Positions 40,045 to 55,108 of a DNA stretch of 64,000 bases are shown here, in pieces. The notes under the pieces were generated by a model. The model was not told the origin of the DNA. It searched no databases and saw only the letters and a list, made by a program, of their open reading frames with translations. The stretch is taken from assembly GCA_000934665.2 (NCBI GenBank), contig KZ538012.1:1-64000 (forward strand). The letters run 5' to 3'. How positions within the stretch are numbered: the first letter of the stretch is position 1; every line of letters starts with the position of its first letter. The DNA is from Catajapyx aquilonaris. Taxonomy: Eukaryota. A program made the position numbers and the translations under genes.

Positions 40045-40232
40045 CAGGGTGGTACAAGTTCAAGTGTCGTTTTATAACGGCGATTAATAGAAGCGCTTAA
40101 CGATGACGTAGCAGCGACGTGTAAAATTGCCCACTTCGATTGCGCCGAAGTGGGACATTTTACGCGTCGCTGCTACGTCATCGCAAAATCACTGCTATTA
40201 ATCGCCGTTATAGAACGACAGTGACCACCCTG
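40045..40232. mobile_element. Fully palindromic MITE, TA|CAGGGTGG ends
   Basis: CAGGGTGGT...TATAACGGCGATTAATAG...CGATGACGTAGCAGCGACG..CCCACTTCG / CGAAGTGGG..CGTCGCTGCTACGTCATCG...CTATTAATCGCCGTTATA...ACCACCCTG|TA. Confidence 0.92.
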
Positions 40233-42567
40233 TATATCAAAGAGAATAGCGGGTTTTAAAATCCGATTGCAAGGTTGGGGGATGTGGGGAGCTTGATGGC
40301 TGACCTGCTCTGCTAACCAACCGCCAACTTCGATCCAACCCACAAAATTCAACCAGGTCACCATTTCACTGCAATGAAAAAAAGATTCGAACATCGTTTG
40401 GGGGACAAGGTCAGCCTGGTTACTCAATCCATCGAAAACAAGGTGCCTTTCGTGCCGGATTGAATCTTCCTGCCCTTTGGAGGTAGACCTAGCGTTATTT
40501 TGACTCTGCGAAAGTAAAAAATGCATCACGGTGAAGGACAAAGTGCTTGTTCTGTACCACGCACCGGAACCGTACATGTGATATAGTGCGCTTCATGACG
40601 TCAGACGAACGCGTGTTCAGTTAGCAGTACTGTCATGATGTAACATCATATGAATCATTTTGTACATTCATGCTATTGTACAGTTTCGAGGCTGAAAGTA
40701 GGCACCCAGGGAAAGGTTCTCATTCATTTTAGTTTGATTAGTCTGGCAGGTATGAAATGTTTACACATACCTCACCTGTTTTAGTGAATTGCCTCTAAAA
40801 ATAAACCCTTAATATGAGCCTCGTTTTACCAAATTCTAGCTGGCCTGCTCAATTTGGCTTATTATTTATTTACGCAACTAGTGCACTGACCTTGACTCAC
40901 AGCACTACCCACATTGATTATCACATGTTTTCCTATCCCATTACGGAATATCTGATGTGAAAGAAGGAAATGAAAGGGATTTTGGCCCGAAAGAGCATGG
41001 TAACCATCTCTCACTTATACTTTCAAGTTACAAGTAAGCAAAGTAAAAGCAGGTCAAAAAAAAGAATAGGGTTGGGGGGGGGGGGGTCGCCCAACCAAAC
41101 GTCTGTAAACACGAAACCCGCCATTGATTTGGTTGGGGATCGATCGTGGGCTGCTGCATTCGCCTAGCTAGCTAGCTAGTGCTAGCTAGAGCTAGCTTGT
41201 TGCTTTTCAACCCACCCACTTCTCAACCCCCCCCCCCCCCTCCCTTTCCCTGCAGTGCTTCAGACTCTTTCTAGTCCTCTCTAACTCCGCTAACTTGGTT
41301 TTGTTCGGTTAACTCCTGCGTGAGGAACAGTTTGAGGTGCGGTTGACAATGTCACAGGGTGTAATTCTCATGGGTCATGGCGTACACACTTTAAGAATTT
41401 ATTGAAGTGGGTAGGGGGTGGGATATGGGGGTTTCCAATATTCTATCCTTCTCTACCAAACTGGCGAACACTTCTTCTAAATTGAACACGAAGATTTATG
41501 TATGCCATGAATTTAGTTCCGATTGTACAGTGTGAGTCAGTTTTCTTGGGTCGATTTTCAGAATTTTATTGCATTTTGGGTGTGGCAATAATAGCCGATA
41601 TTTTGCAAGAATATAATTTCATTATTGGTGCTGACCTAATTCTAACCACGATTGATTTTGAAATGAACCAGAGAGGGTATATAAAAAGTGGTGTCCTGTC
41701 CAGTGGAAGCCTTTATCGACCACGCCTCACTTTTTTATCAAAGGTCCGCAGAGTCCATTATAGTTCAACATTGAAAAATTATAGAGGAAAAAGCAAACTT
41801 CTGAGTTATTCTTAAAAGAACATTTTGGATCGCGGAAACAGTTTTTTTTTTCTTCAAAAGGCTCCAGGTTATATATAACGATTCGATTCATGATATCGTT
41901 GAGCTATATCGATTAGGGATTTGAAGATACTAGAAATCCGAAATGCAATATACACCGATCAGTTTCATTCTAGACTGACAACATGAATCAAATCTGCTTC
42001 AATCACAAATCAAAACCAACACAAGTCTGGAGGGAAAGCATCCTCTAGTGCCACCTGGGAAATAATCTTTGGGGAAAGAGAAAGGAATGGCGTCTGCTTT
42101 GAAATCTTCCATCCCTCGAGGAAGAAGAAAAGAGAATCGATTTTGGGAGTAGAAACTGCCAAATTCGCCCTCAAAAGACTTTATTTGGCTTGGCGACCCA
42201 CAAAAAAAAAAAAAAGCCAGGGAATTTCCATTTCGAAACAAGAACGTTCTTGCGTAGACAATCTTTTTTCCTGTCACTGATACTTCTCACCGAGGAGGGG
42301 ATTTTCTTTGACTGGTTAGCTGTTGAGAGGATGGATTAGATTCATATCAAAGGAGACAGTTTTCAAGAAGTTTCATTGCAATGTGTACGTATTTTTAAAA
42401 ATGGTTTCAAGAGTTATGAACAGATTTAGACAAATGGTGCCATATCGGTATATATGATAAACCTGGCTTTATAGGCAGGATATTAAAAATTTAAATATAA
42501 TAATAATATAAAATTAATAGAATAATCATATACGGTAGCTATAATAAATATAATAATTGATAGTTAT

Positions 42568-42825
42568 ACCGAAGCAGTTGGAGTAGTGCTAATAGGGAGG
42601 TCCTGGGATCAAATCCCGGGGCCGGCGACTCTGACCGTGGTTTTCTGTGGTTTCCCACGGTCCTTCCAGGAAAATTCCGGAGTTGTTTCCGTAATTAATA
42701 GGCCACAACCGCTTCCTTCCGTCCCTATCCTATCCCAAAAAGCGCAGTAAAATGAAAGCAAAGAGTTCCAGGCAAAACAAAAACGTCCCCCCTTAAGAGC
42801 CGATAGGCTGATAACGGGGTATGAA

Positions 42826-42903
<78 letters not shown>

Positions 42904-42940
42904 AATAATAATAATAATAACAATAATAATAATAATAGAT
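42568..42940 (+). mobile_element. SINE family A, copy 4 (deletion in tRNA head) with (TTA)n-(AAT)n tail
   Basis: Body and tail nearly identical to copies 3 and 6; the tail microsatellite switches orientation at about 42900. Confidence 0.93.
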
Positions 42941-43509
42941 TATAATATTCAAATATGATTGATAATGATTTTACTTTATCCACATTTTTCATGTTCATGC
43001 GGCAAAGACTGGAATTTTATTACATTTAGTGGATATGGCGTACACACAGTAGAACGGAAACTTCTGCCGGCTGGTAACTATACCTCTATCTTGTTGCCAT
43101 TTCCATGCCTCTGGGCTTTCTGCTTTTCTGGTATTTCATTTCGGGCTACCACTGAAATTCGGGTCATTACTAATGAAGAGTTGAACCGCGATAGTAATAT
43201 TAAGAGATATTATGATGGGCAAATATCAAATATTGTGCTTTCGTTAGGCCCTGGTGTAATCGATGTAAAGTGCCGGTGAATCTGATGGAAGTTATATGAT
43301 GGGCCTCGGATGCAGTGTTTGCTCATTACACGTACTCTTGTTTGTTAACAAGGGTAATTTTCTTGCTCCTTTTTTGTTCACAATCAATGACTTGTTTGTT
43401 CGGTGAGGCATTTTAAAATTGTGTGGGGCTGTAAGGACAGTAACCTACTTAGTTTAATCTGGAAGTAATTTGAGGCGTATTTGAAAAGTGTCTTTATTAG
43501 TCCCTAAAG

Positions 43510-43772
43510 TAGGACTGTGCGATATTTCGATACATCGACTGTCGATACGATATTTTCCTAATATCGAAGTTGCGATATCCGACGCTTGGCATGTTCGATG
43601 TATCGAATATCGCGATTTTTCGATGTCGGTTCGATGTCGGTTTTCGATATTTTTCGATATTTTTCGATGTCGGTTTTCGATGTCGGTTTTTCGATCTTCG
43701 ATATATCGACTTCGATTCCATATTTTTAAGTATCGAAAGTCGATATGTAATTTCGGATATCGCACAGCCCTA
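43510..43772. mobile_element. hAT-type MITE with dense TCGA/CGAT subterminal repeats
   Basis: TIRs TAGGACTGTGCGATAT / ATATCGCACAGCCCTA; imperfect 8-bp TSD CCCTAAAG / CCCACAAG; internal TTTTCGATGTCGG repeats. Confidence 0.88.
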
Positions 43773-45208
43773 CCCACAAGTATCCTTCACTCTTCAACAG
43801 AAAATTTCTGGACAAATTAGATAATAATGTTTAACTATAGTCGTGTATACTGTAGGTCTATAAATATTGATAATTAAGGGAGGCACACTGATTAGTAGTT
43901 TAACCACTACTAGTCCACCTCTAAGGTTCTGAGTTCGATCCTCTAGGAATTTCTGGAGATTGAAGGTTTGGTGAACTTTCTCCTGGCTGGGCATCTACTA
44001 ATTTAAAAAATAATAATAAATCTTAATACTCATTATATAATCGGATATTTTTCCTGAATTTTCATTCATACTGGCCCTTGAAGTCAGAATATATGAAATG
44101 AGATAATGAATAATGTGGCAGCCATCGTGGATTCTGAATTCAACCGAGCGGGACTAACATATCTCGACCTTATCTCACCTTGGAATAATTTCAGCTTTTT
44201 AGAGCAGAAAGCCAGAATGGGAGATGAAATTTCCTCGATTCTCTTCGTACCTCGTTGAATTTCTCATTGGGCATAAAATGTTGTAACAACACTGTCCTTT
44301 TACATCTAATTCCCAATTCAAAATAATAATAATAATAACAATGCATATTTTCATGACCAAAAATAGGATGATGTACGACCAAAATACACATCGTGACAGT
44401 CAACCCACATTACTACCCGACTTTTTCCTATAACCTACAGGGGTAATCCCCTTGTTGATTTGACCCCATAACATCATCGTGACCTTGTCGCGGTTTGTGT
44501 AGCGACAACCATTCCCTATATGAAAATCGGTCGATAAATGTTAGTTGGGCATGACAATCGATCGGTGATGGTCATACCAGAGTAATTAGCTAGAGAATAC
44601 CGACAGCAGCACGGACCAGAGTTTGCTGCGGCAGCAACTGTGGAGATGCAACTAGCACGGTGCAATTAGGCTGAAAATAGCTTGTGGAATGGAATTGAAT
44701 GGGGTTGGACGTTGGTTTCCGGCTTGTCGGCGCCTTTTATTACTCGCTCTCATGACAATTGGCACGCTCATTATGAAGGATGATCCGGGAAACTGCGTGA
44801 GGGCTCACTGCCTCGTCTCATCACTTTCGGCCCGCCAAATTACCTCCCTGATGATATCGTCAGATACCATTACTTCTCCACCAGAAACAAAAATTGGGGA
44901 GATTACTCGCCATATTTCCACGAGCAATTAGTAAGGAAAATGTTAATGAGTGCTATGGGAAAGTTGGAACTTTTATGCCGTTTGAGTGTTCTTTTTTTAA
45001 AAATATTGCGGGTGGTACGAAGTTCACATCACCGATAATGTGCAGCTTAGTTTTAGTATTTACTTTTTAGAATTTTAATGCCCACAAAATAATTGCTTCT
45101 GGAATACTGACTTTTGTGGATTTTTAAATACTAAAAGTAGCCAGAATGCTTTAGGTATTCGCAACTGCCACAATGCACCACGAAAAACAAAAGAAGAGCC
45201 TATCCTAT

Positions 45209-45452
45209 CAGGGGCGGATCCAGGGGAGGGGGGGCGAAGGGGCGATCGCCCCCCCTATGGCTCCCCCAGAGGGGAAAAACCGGAAGAAAAGAAAAAAAAC
45301 GGGGGGAAAAACTCACAAAAATCCTCTAGAACAGTGCAACATTGCACTGTTCTACGGGTTCTTTTCCTTTTTGCCCCATGGGGTCGAGAGGAAGGGTTGT
45401 GACCTTGAACCGAATTTTTTTTCCCTAGAAAAAATTGCTGGATTCTCCGCTG
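45209..45452. mobile_element. hAT-type MITE with a perfect 8-bp TSD
   Basis: TATCCTAT|CAGGGGCGGATCCAG ... CTGGATTCTCCGCTG|TATCCTAT. Confidence 0.88.
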
Positions 45453-48400
45453 TATCCTATAGTGTGTGTAGACAAGTATTTCAGCGATGTGTTTTATAGG
45501 TGTAGACATACGTATATTGTGTTGTTTTCAATTTTGATCATTGTTAAGGTAAATTTTTAACAGTCGTTCATATAAATACTACAGTATGTTCAGTAGGAAA
45601 GCTACTGGTATGTTCTACTACTTTTTCATTGTACAGTTCTATATATATCCAGTGCCCGTTTTCTCGAATCACATCGGGTTCAACTCCAGTTTAGACTAAC
45701 TTGGGGCTGACGTTTCAACACTCGTGCCCTGTTCATTCACATTTCTGGAGTCTCCTCTGAGTGTCGCTTACCATTGAACTCCAGAAGGGCGTTCAAAAGA
45801 GCATTGTCGTCAGTTCCCGGCTAGTTCCACTCTGTCGAATAAAATAACCTTGCAAGTGCTAGTAGTAAGCTGGCAGGATAGTGCATGTGTGGCGAGTGCA
45901 CGGCCGGGAAATCCCGGTTCATGGTTATAAACGTCCGATTAACGGCTGTTCAGAGCTCGGTTTAGAGATTTCCGTGGGGTTTAAACTTTCCATGGGATTC
46001 ATTATTGTGATTTTCATGAGTAGACGGAAGGTTGAATATGCAAAGTGCAAAGGGGATGGGTATCTTTGAACTGTGGTTAGAGAAATTGGACATAAGCCAT
46101 CTGAACTCTCCACACCTAGTGGAATATGGCTTGTAAATTATGGTTCAGTACTTTTCTGTTGGAAGGTGGGGTTTACTAAGCGGTGCCGTTTGCCAAGGTG
46201 CATATCAGAGGATTGTGGTGTTGTTGCTAATATGATGATGTCGATTGCTGGAAGACGCCACATTTTCCACTCTTGACCACATCTGAACATGGAGTTGTTG
46301 GCCAATATTCCAACATGAGTCGGTAGAATGTGGGCCACGTTTCATTATTTTTTAATATGCTCAATGAATGGAGCAGGAAAAAAGCGATCCCCTTCCCCTT
46401 CCCCATGGGGGGTATCCGATGAAAAAGATCCTCATGCAACCACCTTTGCCAACCAATTAATTGTTAAAAGCGAAAAAGTCAATTTTGCCTTGTTTTCCAT
46501 TTGCGGAGCTCTCATAAAATAGCCAAAGCCTGGTGCATAGAGACATGCATAGGCAGTAAGTTATTATTTTCAGCGGATTCGGTTATATGCGGATTTCACT
46601 TATCCTCGGCGGGACTTGGAACCAATTCACCAACTACGCGGATAACCGGAGCCGAATGTAGTTAAATATAAGCAGCTCCGTGAAAAATATCGCCAACAAT
46701 CACTGACATTTCAGTGGCAACACACAGTACAGTATATGAAAATAAAGAGCGATAGACCCATAAATGTCCAGCAGAAAGGCGACCTTGTCGCACTATAGAT
46801 GTCACGAGGACTTTCCTTCAGTAATAATTCAGGAGTCATGTATCCCTTGTCAAGGTAACTGTAGTGCAAGTACAACAGTCATGCATATACCACATCAATG
46901 TGATGCCCATCGTTATCTATTCTTATCAGCAAGTAAAAGGCACGACATACCGTATGGTGTTCTTTTCCAAAGAAAAATGGAATGTAATGACACTAATGAG
47001 GCATAGACTTGAGGCTGTACATGAAAGGGCTATAAAGGGAATAACAGCATATATAGATCGTCTTGTGTGGTGTCACAGTTGCAACATGGGATTTCTAAAT
47101 AATACACAGTCATTTGCAATGACCATTGTCTTAGCATGAAATGACAATAACACCCTACGCAAGAACTCAAGAAGTAGGGATGCACAATAACGTTGGCATG
47201 CAAAGAGTTGATAAAGGATACTGTATAAAAGAGAACAATAAAGACTTGAGAAGATATTGGTTAGAGGTAGCACGTAGTAACGAGCTACCACGATGTAACG
47301 GCAATTCTGTAAGGGGGTTATCCCCATTTGTGTAATGTAATCTCCCTTCATCGCTAACTACCCCTCATAGGGAAATGTCGTGATGTTGTTGTTGTTGTTG
47401 TGTAATGTAACTATTCTCAAACCTAGTTTTGTAATTGTACGTTGTTCTGTACACCCAAGTGCACCCGCAGAACCAGACCGTACCAGACGGTCACAGTGGT
47501 GTAATTTTTTTCAAGAATAGTATAGAGAATAATTAGATTTAATTTATGTTAAGTTGACATTATATGCTTATACCGTGCATAAGCTGTCGCCTGAAGGAAT
47601 TTCTGTGAGAGCTGTGAAGCAACGAATTGTGCAAATATAGACTATAACTTACTAGAATGATTTAATCGAACACAGGTTTAGGGATGCAGAGGGATTGTTT
47701 TGTCATTACCAAAGTAATCAGTAACGTATGTTGCCCGCAACCCACCAGGGTTGGGGTACGTTATAGGCCTGTGCCAATCCAGTCCTGGGTTGTTTTTAAA
47801 ATTAACCTACTGCATGAGCCTGCCTAAACCATTTCGCGTCGATGATAAGAACAAAAGATGAAAGTATTGTATTGTTTGTGTGTGGTATGCTAGCTCCGCG
47901 CGTGTTTTACTTTTGGATCATCCAGTGTAGAATTCTGCGACTCCATTGTACTACGTTCTATATTACTCATTAGGCTGACTACAATCTCAGTTTGACGTGC
48001 AGAAGTTTCTATTGACACCTACGCTCTCCGCACTATGTTAAAGCCTCAAAAATAATCCATATTATTGTTCTTGGCCCTTTGGCCTCATACAAGTACTAAT
48101 TTTGCGTGACTCGAGTCAGTTCCGAGCATATCGTGCAGATAAACTTAGGGTTTTCTGGGGACCAACTCGATGTTTGTACGTGTGTGTACAAGGGTGAGTG
48201 TTTGGCGAGGCAGAGGAATTGGTGAAGGCTATGAAGTTAAATTCATGCGTCAATATTAGCATGCGTCACATTTTGTGACGTAGTCAGACTGGTGCCCTCG
48301 ATCTGGAATATCCAGTTTTTACTGCATTTTCCAGACACCCTGCATATAGATTTAAGGGGCATCAAGGACATCAAAAATACATATTGAATCCTTCAATTTC

Positions 48401-49512
48401 AATGAACATAATCGATACGGTGTCAATAATGAACCAAAACTTATGTGGTGTAATTAATTCAATTATATCTATTAAGTATAATTGATTTAATTAAGGTGAT
48501 GTACTAACTGTATATCACGCTCATGACATGATTTACAGGAAGAGGCAATATCTGTGTCATGGGTCCAGAACACTATTCACAAATGAAACCTGCAAAGTTA
48601 AGCTTTCATTATTTTTAGCGGTTATTCACATTAATTCGAATAGAGTTGGAGCATCAAAAGTTACAGACCACTTGGATTCCCCCTTTCTCAATTCATTTTC
48701 AGTGGTAGTGCTATAGATGAGAAATCTGTAATCCATGGGAAATATTTGATGACATGGGGTACAGTAGCTAAAGTCTCATCAATATTCGATGCGTGTCCAA
48801 GTGGGTCGCGGTTGCCTCTCTGTATTCTCTGCATTTTAAGAGAGATACTCTACTTTTTTTTGTGGAGCCTTACATTTCCTGACTACTACGCAGCAGGGTG
48901 TAACAAATTCGCGTGGATTGTGCTAAAACAAGTGAAGCCAATAATAAAATAATGGCGTAGCAATCGCATTTAATGTCGCTAATTATTGCGTAGCAGGGAT
49001 GTGTGAACGAATCATTGCATCGGTGCAGACACAAACGACAGCTGTAGCCGTATGCCCTATTAGCAATAGGTCACACTTATTTGAGCGTGATGACCCTAGA
49101 AATGCTATAGAAAAAGTCCTCGATTATATAGCCATTTTTTTTCAGTGTATTCCCTGAAATATGGCGATGGGCGCCTTGTTTGAGGTGGTGCCTGTGACTT
49201 TTGTGACCATTTTGAGGGTCATGATGCATGCCCTCCACCCACTTCCAAATTCCCTCTCCCTTTAGTCCAAAACTGGCCCGCCGGATCCATACGCTTTTCG
49301 TGTGTCCATAAAGAAATCGATAATTTCTCCTACATTTTTTTCTATACTCATCTGTTCGTTCCTTGTAGTTGGAACCCTCCCTTTTCCTCCCGTCAGCCAA
49401 TCTTGTATCAAAATCACGCACATCCGTGTACACGACTAGAAGAATTGGGAAATCTGCAACAATCTGGAAGCAGATTATTAAAATCAACGAAAATTATCGA
49501 TTTTTATAATAT

Positions 49513-49799
49513 TTTGTTTAAAAAATTTATTTTACCCCATTGGGAGACTCGGCGCTCCATTAGGGGGGTGGAATACCACCATTTTACCACTCAAATTCTT
49601 TCTGAAACTTTCACACATGGATGGGGCCAGGGATAGGGAAGGAAGGAAGCGGCTGTGGCCTATTATACAGAAGCGATCCCGGAATTATCCTGGGGAGACC
49701 ATGAAAAACCACGGTCAGAGTTGACGGTCCCGGGATTCGAACCCAGGGCCTCCCGATTAGCAGTCGGACTCCTTAACCACTACACCAACCTGCTTCGGT
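49513..49799 (-). mobile_element. SINE family A, copy 5
   Basis: A head and body; 16-bp TSD TCGATTTTTATAATAT (49497-49512, 49800-49815); tail with the GGTGGTATTCCACCCCCCTAA module. Confidence 0.94.
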
Positions 49800-52700
49800 T
49801 CGATTTTTATAATATCATCAAAATGTATTGGCGGTACCACTCATCATTTTAAATGTCCCGTATCCTCACCGGTGTGGCTCGGGGTGCCCCAGTTCGGTTG
49901 TGCGGGTTGTGTGGGCGTGAGGGTTGCCGATCGTGCCCGGTAGCCTCAGCCAGGTCGTCGCCTGCAGTGCCGTTTCCTCCATGGGGCAGGGGTACGACCC
50001 TGGTCGGATATTAACTGTTGATTTTATAACAAATTTTGAGGCAATTGAGAGCGTACCATAATGATATAACGAACAAAAGTGGTGCTGGTTTTTGGGACTT
50101 TAAATACTAATTAGTCTATTTACGGAAGATATGACCAAGTGATTTTCCTCGGTTTGCAATTTTCACGCCGAATAATAATATTGAACCGAGAAGAGAATTC
50201 CTGAAAGACCGAGTGTCATCCCGACAGCTCGATAACCAAGTCGTTTCTATGCATGATTTATGCAAATAATCTGTAAACATTTTGTCTTATTTGACATTAT
50301 TTTAACACAATACTGGAATTACCTACAAATATAAAAGAACTTGCAGCTGCACTGGTCGAATATTTTTTTTAAACAAGAGAACGAGAAGTGGGACATCTCC
50401 AGTCAATACCCGAGTACTGTAATCCATCCAGTCGAGTGTGTAACTGCCACGGATGGACGTAACAGTAACGAGTTTAAAAAAAAAGAGGACAAGACACCTG
50501 CATCAGAATTCGAGTACTGCAGAGTGATTGAAGTCACTTAAATAATTAGTGAGTAGCAGATAGAAGGGGCTGAGAATAAAATGTATAGTAAGGTGGGGTA
50601 GGTAAAGGGTGGAACTTTTGGATCGATGGCCAAAGGGACAGTATACCGCAGTGCAGCCCTTACTCAGCTTGCCTTTCCTTTTGCACGGACAGGAAACGCT
50701 ATCCTCACTTTTCATCTTCAAGTCCCCCTCCTACAAAGTTGATATGGCTTCACTTCCACCGTTATGGGAGACCGGCATGAAAACTCTAGTGCAACATGTT
50801 GGGATTAGTATTTCTAGGCTCTTTCAGGACCCCCTGAACCTCAATGGTCATTTTATCGGAATGGGTATATTATTGACACTTTTCCAAACAAGTGAATGAC
50901 AAGAATTGCGTCCGCATAAATTGTAAGAGAACGAGAATGGCTCTTTTGCGGAAACCATATCTTTCAGCTTTACACAGTGTCTTAAATCACTTTAAGGAAC
51001 ACTTCAGGTTTTCGTTAAGGAACGGTAATAACACGTAGACATAGGTTAGTAACTGTAAGCCTCAACGTTTACAGTGTATATCGTTTAGGTAATGAAGATA
51101 AACTTATAGGTGCCACTTATATCTTCATTAGCCCAACTGCTCCCAGAGTTGTTCCCATGTCAAATGATGGTCGAATTGTTGACTAACTGACTCTCATTAA
51201 GTAAATTTTTATTGTGTTGACCTAGTACAAAAATATAGTTATTCAAGTGCAGGCATATTACCAAGCTATCCTATGTAAACGAATCAAGGCAGGCACGCAA
51301 GCTAGTCGCGATATGTGGGTAGATTAAACAGTTACGAATGGCATAACAATCATACGAACCTTGTAGTGCTGTTGTGAATGAAAAGCAATAAAGTAGCCTA
51401 TAACTATATCCTTCTTGAGGCAGATGTACTGTACTCTGTACATCAATATTGGCTATACATATAGCACATGTTTGTACAAGCACATGAAAAGGGCTCTGGA
51501 AAAGTTGCCTTCTTAATGTTTGTAATGTATATTTTGTGAACTCAATGCATGTTATTGGCTTGATTTTATCTGGCTGTTACCTGACTTTTTGAGGCATTAA
51601 TATTCTTGGCGAATTCAGGTGCTCTTTATGAACCACAGTGAACATTCAGTTTGAGTCGCTTCGGTTCATAAAACGATGTGAAGAGGTCGAGGAAGAGGTG
51701 TTATTTATTGCCAAAAAAGCTGGGGATACTGAGGACCACACCTTACAGGCAGGATGGTTGAGATTTAATGCCACATGGTCCATATAACAAAACATTTGTG
51801 GAGGGTCACGTAAATTTTGTGGAGTTGATGCTCATCAGTACACAATTTTGGGAAATTTTAGCTTCCCTTTTACTGCGTAAGCCCAGCACAGGATCTTTAT
51901 AAAACCATATTTTTGAATAGAACTCTGGCAGGGCACCAGCTTCTCCTTGAACACTCCTTTTCAAGAGGCCTATTTCAAAAGGAAAGAGGTTTACCTATAT
52001 AGAAACATCTCCGTATATTCATGCACAAGCAACCCTTTGGAAATTGGCCAGTCCTCGTTTTTCATAACTTACGTCTACTCAACTCATGTCTCAACGTTTG
52101 TGAGCTGAGGCATTCTCAGCAGTGCTATCACTCACTATCATTATCATACATCATAGAGTAATAAAAAACATCGTTAATCCTATTTTCACTTCCGCAGGTA
52201 GGCCTTACTGTATAGACTATATTATTATTCCAATAATTTTACTGCGAAAAAGTTATTTGTATTACATAACCAACTGCACTGTATGGATATTACATTTTCA
52301 TATATTACACATACACATGTTATGCTTTCATATAAGTTATGTACACCAAGCAACATGGGCCGCATACATAAAACTCTGGACCACTGGTCAGATCACTGGC
52401 CAGATGATCACATAGGTGATGATGAGGGTACGTGCGAAAGGATAATACAGTAGAACCCCGATTATCCGTCACCGGACCGGAGCGTCAGACAATGAGCAAG
52501 AGTTTGAATAGGTTCTTTCCATGTTTTCTTCCACGTATGTTTTATGAGGGTACACTACTGCAGTTAGCGACATTAGATTGGATACACCTCGACCATTCTG
52601 CACATTGCAGTTACCGTTTTTTCCCCAGTGGGCGGAATAAGTGTAGTTAATTGCGATTATAATCTTCGCTTTGACACAATTTCCGATACAAGAATATTGA

Positions 52701-53449
52701 GGGTTAAAGAATGTCCACAAAGTCTTTATTATCACTTCTGCATTGAGTATATTAGTTATACACTCACAATGACCTTTCATACATGAATAAAACCGTCACC
52801 ATAACTCTTTCGTTATTGCTGTACCAGGTATATAAACTATTGGTTCCAGTTTCTGCACCAAACTTACCACTATAGCAGGCAGCATATGAAAGTTACCTTA
52901 CTGAGCGCAATTTTTTGGTATGGCAAAACAAACTAGTCCCTAAATCATTTTGTGCCATAATGTTGCCTAGACCATCTAACCTCACGGTACTCTGTCGGTC
53001 TCTACCTCTGGTATGTCTGTGAGTAGGATGTGTTACCGACGAACCGCATAGTTTTGCCTCGCATGAGTTCATCATTCTAACGACCTGGAAGCTTTCAGGA
53101 GCCTGCGTACAAACAACAGGTCATATAGTTACATGCTTTTGCATCTGCTGCACTGATGATTGATGAAAAGTTGCAGTTGATGCAACATCACTCGCTCGAT
53201 ATTTTAAATTAGCCAAATGAATATTGACATTTTTTTCCCCCAAAGTATTGAAATTCTTGTCAATGCAGCACCCATAACGCCCGAATTTAAAGCCTTCGAC
53301 GAAATGAACGGAAAATGCATCGGATTGCATACCAGTTTGTTGACATATTGGCTTCCTCTTACAGCAGCCGTGGCTCGGAAGAGTTATTTAGGCCAATTAG
53401 TCTCGAGATGATAACGTATATGCTAATGGTATATTATTTACTTTCACAG

Positions 53450-53660
<211 letters not shown>

Positions 53661-54797
53661 TGAATATGCTCAATTTGAATCATTATTCTGATGACTACAT
53701 GCATGCGTGAATATCACTTCATTGCTTGTGTATACGTACAGTACTATATCGATGAGGATGCACTCTGCAGAAGTTTTACATGCCCCAATCAATCCAATTA
53801 ACCTAAAAGTTCAATAATATGCAAGAGTGATTATGATGCTGGAGCAGTTTTGTTCTTAACGCATTATCATGATTCGCCTGTCCCTTTGAGAGTTGCAACG
53901 GTCTTTATGGAGACTCTGAATCCTTTTGTAGGCACCGCCTGCTGATTTTTATGCACAGCACAGAGTGTACTGTATACCAATAATTGAGTAGGGTATGTGA
54001 AAGGAACAAGCGAGACTTGGTGTATGCTTTATTTATTAATCAAGAGTGGAGAAAAGTTCACTGAACATGCTATAGCTGTTGTTAATAAACTGCCTATTAG
54101 CGTAGGGATGAGATTATCATTATATTGGCTGAATTGAAGAAGCTTTTCCATCCAACTAGCCAGCCAGTTACCCAACCAATCAACCAACCTACTACTCATT
54201 CATCCATCTGACAAACCAACCGATCAACCAACCAGCTCCCAGAGACAACGTCGACCACAATGATCTACTCTCCCATACCACGTCTTTGTTATGCACATAA
54301 ATTTGCTCTGCGGGAAAGTGCCGTACAGAATAATTTTCAGGTGTCCCATCAGGTGGGCGAGTTCGTGAAAGACAGACTGAATTGCGTTGCCATACACACT
54401 TTTCATCAAACTTGATGGAAATTGTTTTAGTTGTCCCCAATGGTTCCAAAATCGGAACCTATTTCGAATCCAATCTGTAAACATTCTAGACCACTACAGT
54501 ACTCAAAAGGTACCGTAATTAATTTGGTATCAGACTTGTGTCAGGCGATGTAAGCGTATTCTACTCCTTTGATACAAGGTAACTTATTGTTAACTCGGCA
54601 AGAATCGCCTATATCATGTAGCAATCGGTCAGCATTTGGTATACCATAATATTACCAGAGAAACTTAAGAAGGCATCAATTGTACGGAATACTTGGTGAA
54701 TAAATAATGAGGTAAACATTACTCTTTATTTCAAAACAAAGCTTACCGGTACATTTGATTTATTATCGAAAAGCAGCATTTGAATATATGCAATATA

Positions 54798-55108
54798 CAG
54801 GGTGTTTCATTTTTTTTGTCCGAACAGTTATCGGAACTGCTACTTTGTAAGCAGTGACTTGCAAACGGTGATTTTTCGGTAGAATGGGGAATATTCCCTG
54901 CGAATCGTAGGTTGAAGTGGCATACGTGCTGCCGCTGAAAATTGAGGGTCAAGCCTGGAAAAAAGAGGGTCATAGATGCCATGGGATGTGTGACCCTCTT
55001 TTTCCCCATTCATCCGACAAATCACCGGTTGCAAGTCACTGCTTACAAAGTAGCAGCTACGTGCAATATTCCGATAACTGTCCGGACAAAATAGCTGAAA
55101 CACCATTG
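54798..55108. mobile_element. Tc1/mariner-type MITE, TA|CAGGGTGTTTCA ends
   Basis: About 100-bp imperfect TIRs (CTGCTACTTTGTAAGCAGTGACTTGCAA / TTGCAAGTCACTGCTTACAAAGTAGCAG) and an inner hairpin AAAAAGAGGGTCA..TGACCCTCTTTTT. Confidence 0.88.

Noticed and set aside
43454..43824. Four overlapping ORFs and regularly spaced TCGA repeats that could suggest a CRISPR-like array
   Set aside because: Short irregular subterminal repeats inside a hAT MITE; no constant repeat/unique spacer periodicity, no cas genes, and a eukaryotic context.
52447..52480. Tigger/pogo-like end CAGTAGAACCCCGATTATCCG (similar single ends near 27213, 35530 and 46650)
   Set aside because: Probably real transposon fragments, but partner ends and boundaries could not be defined well enough to list as features.
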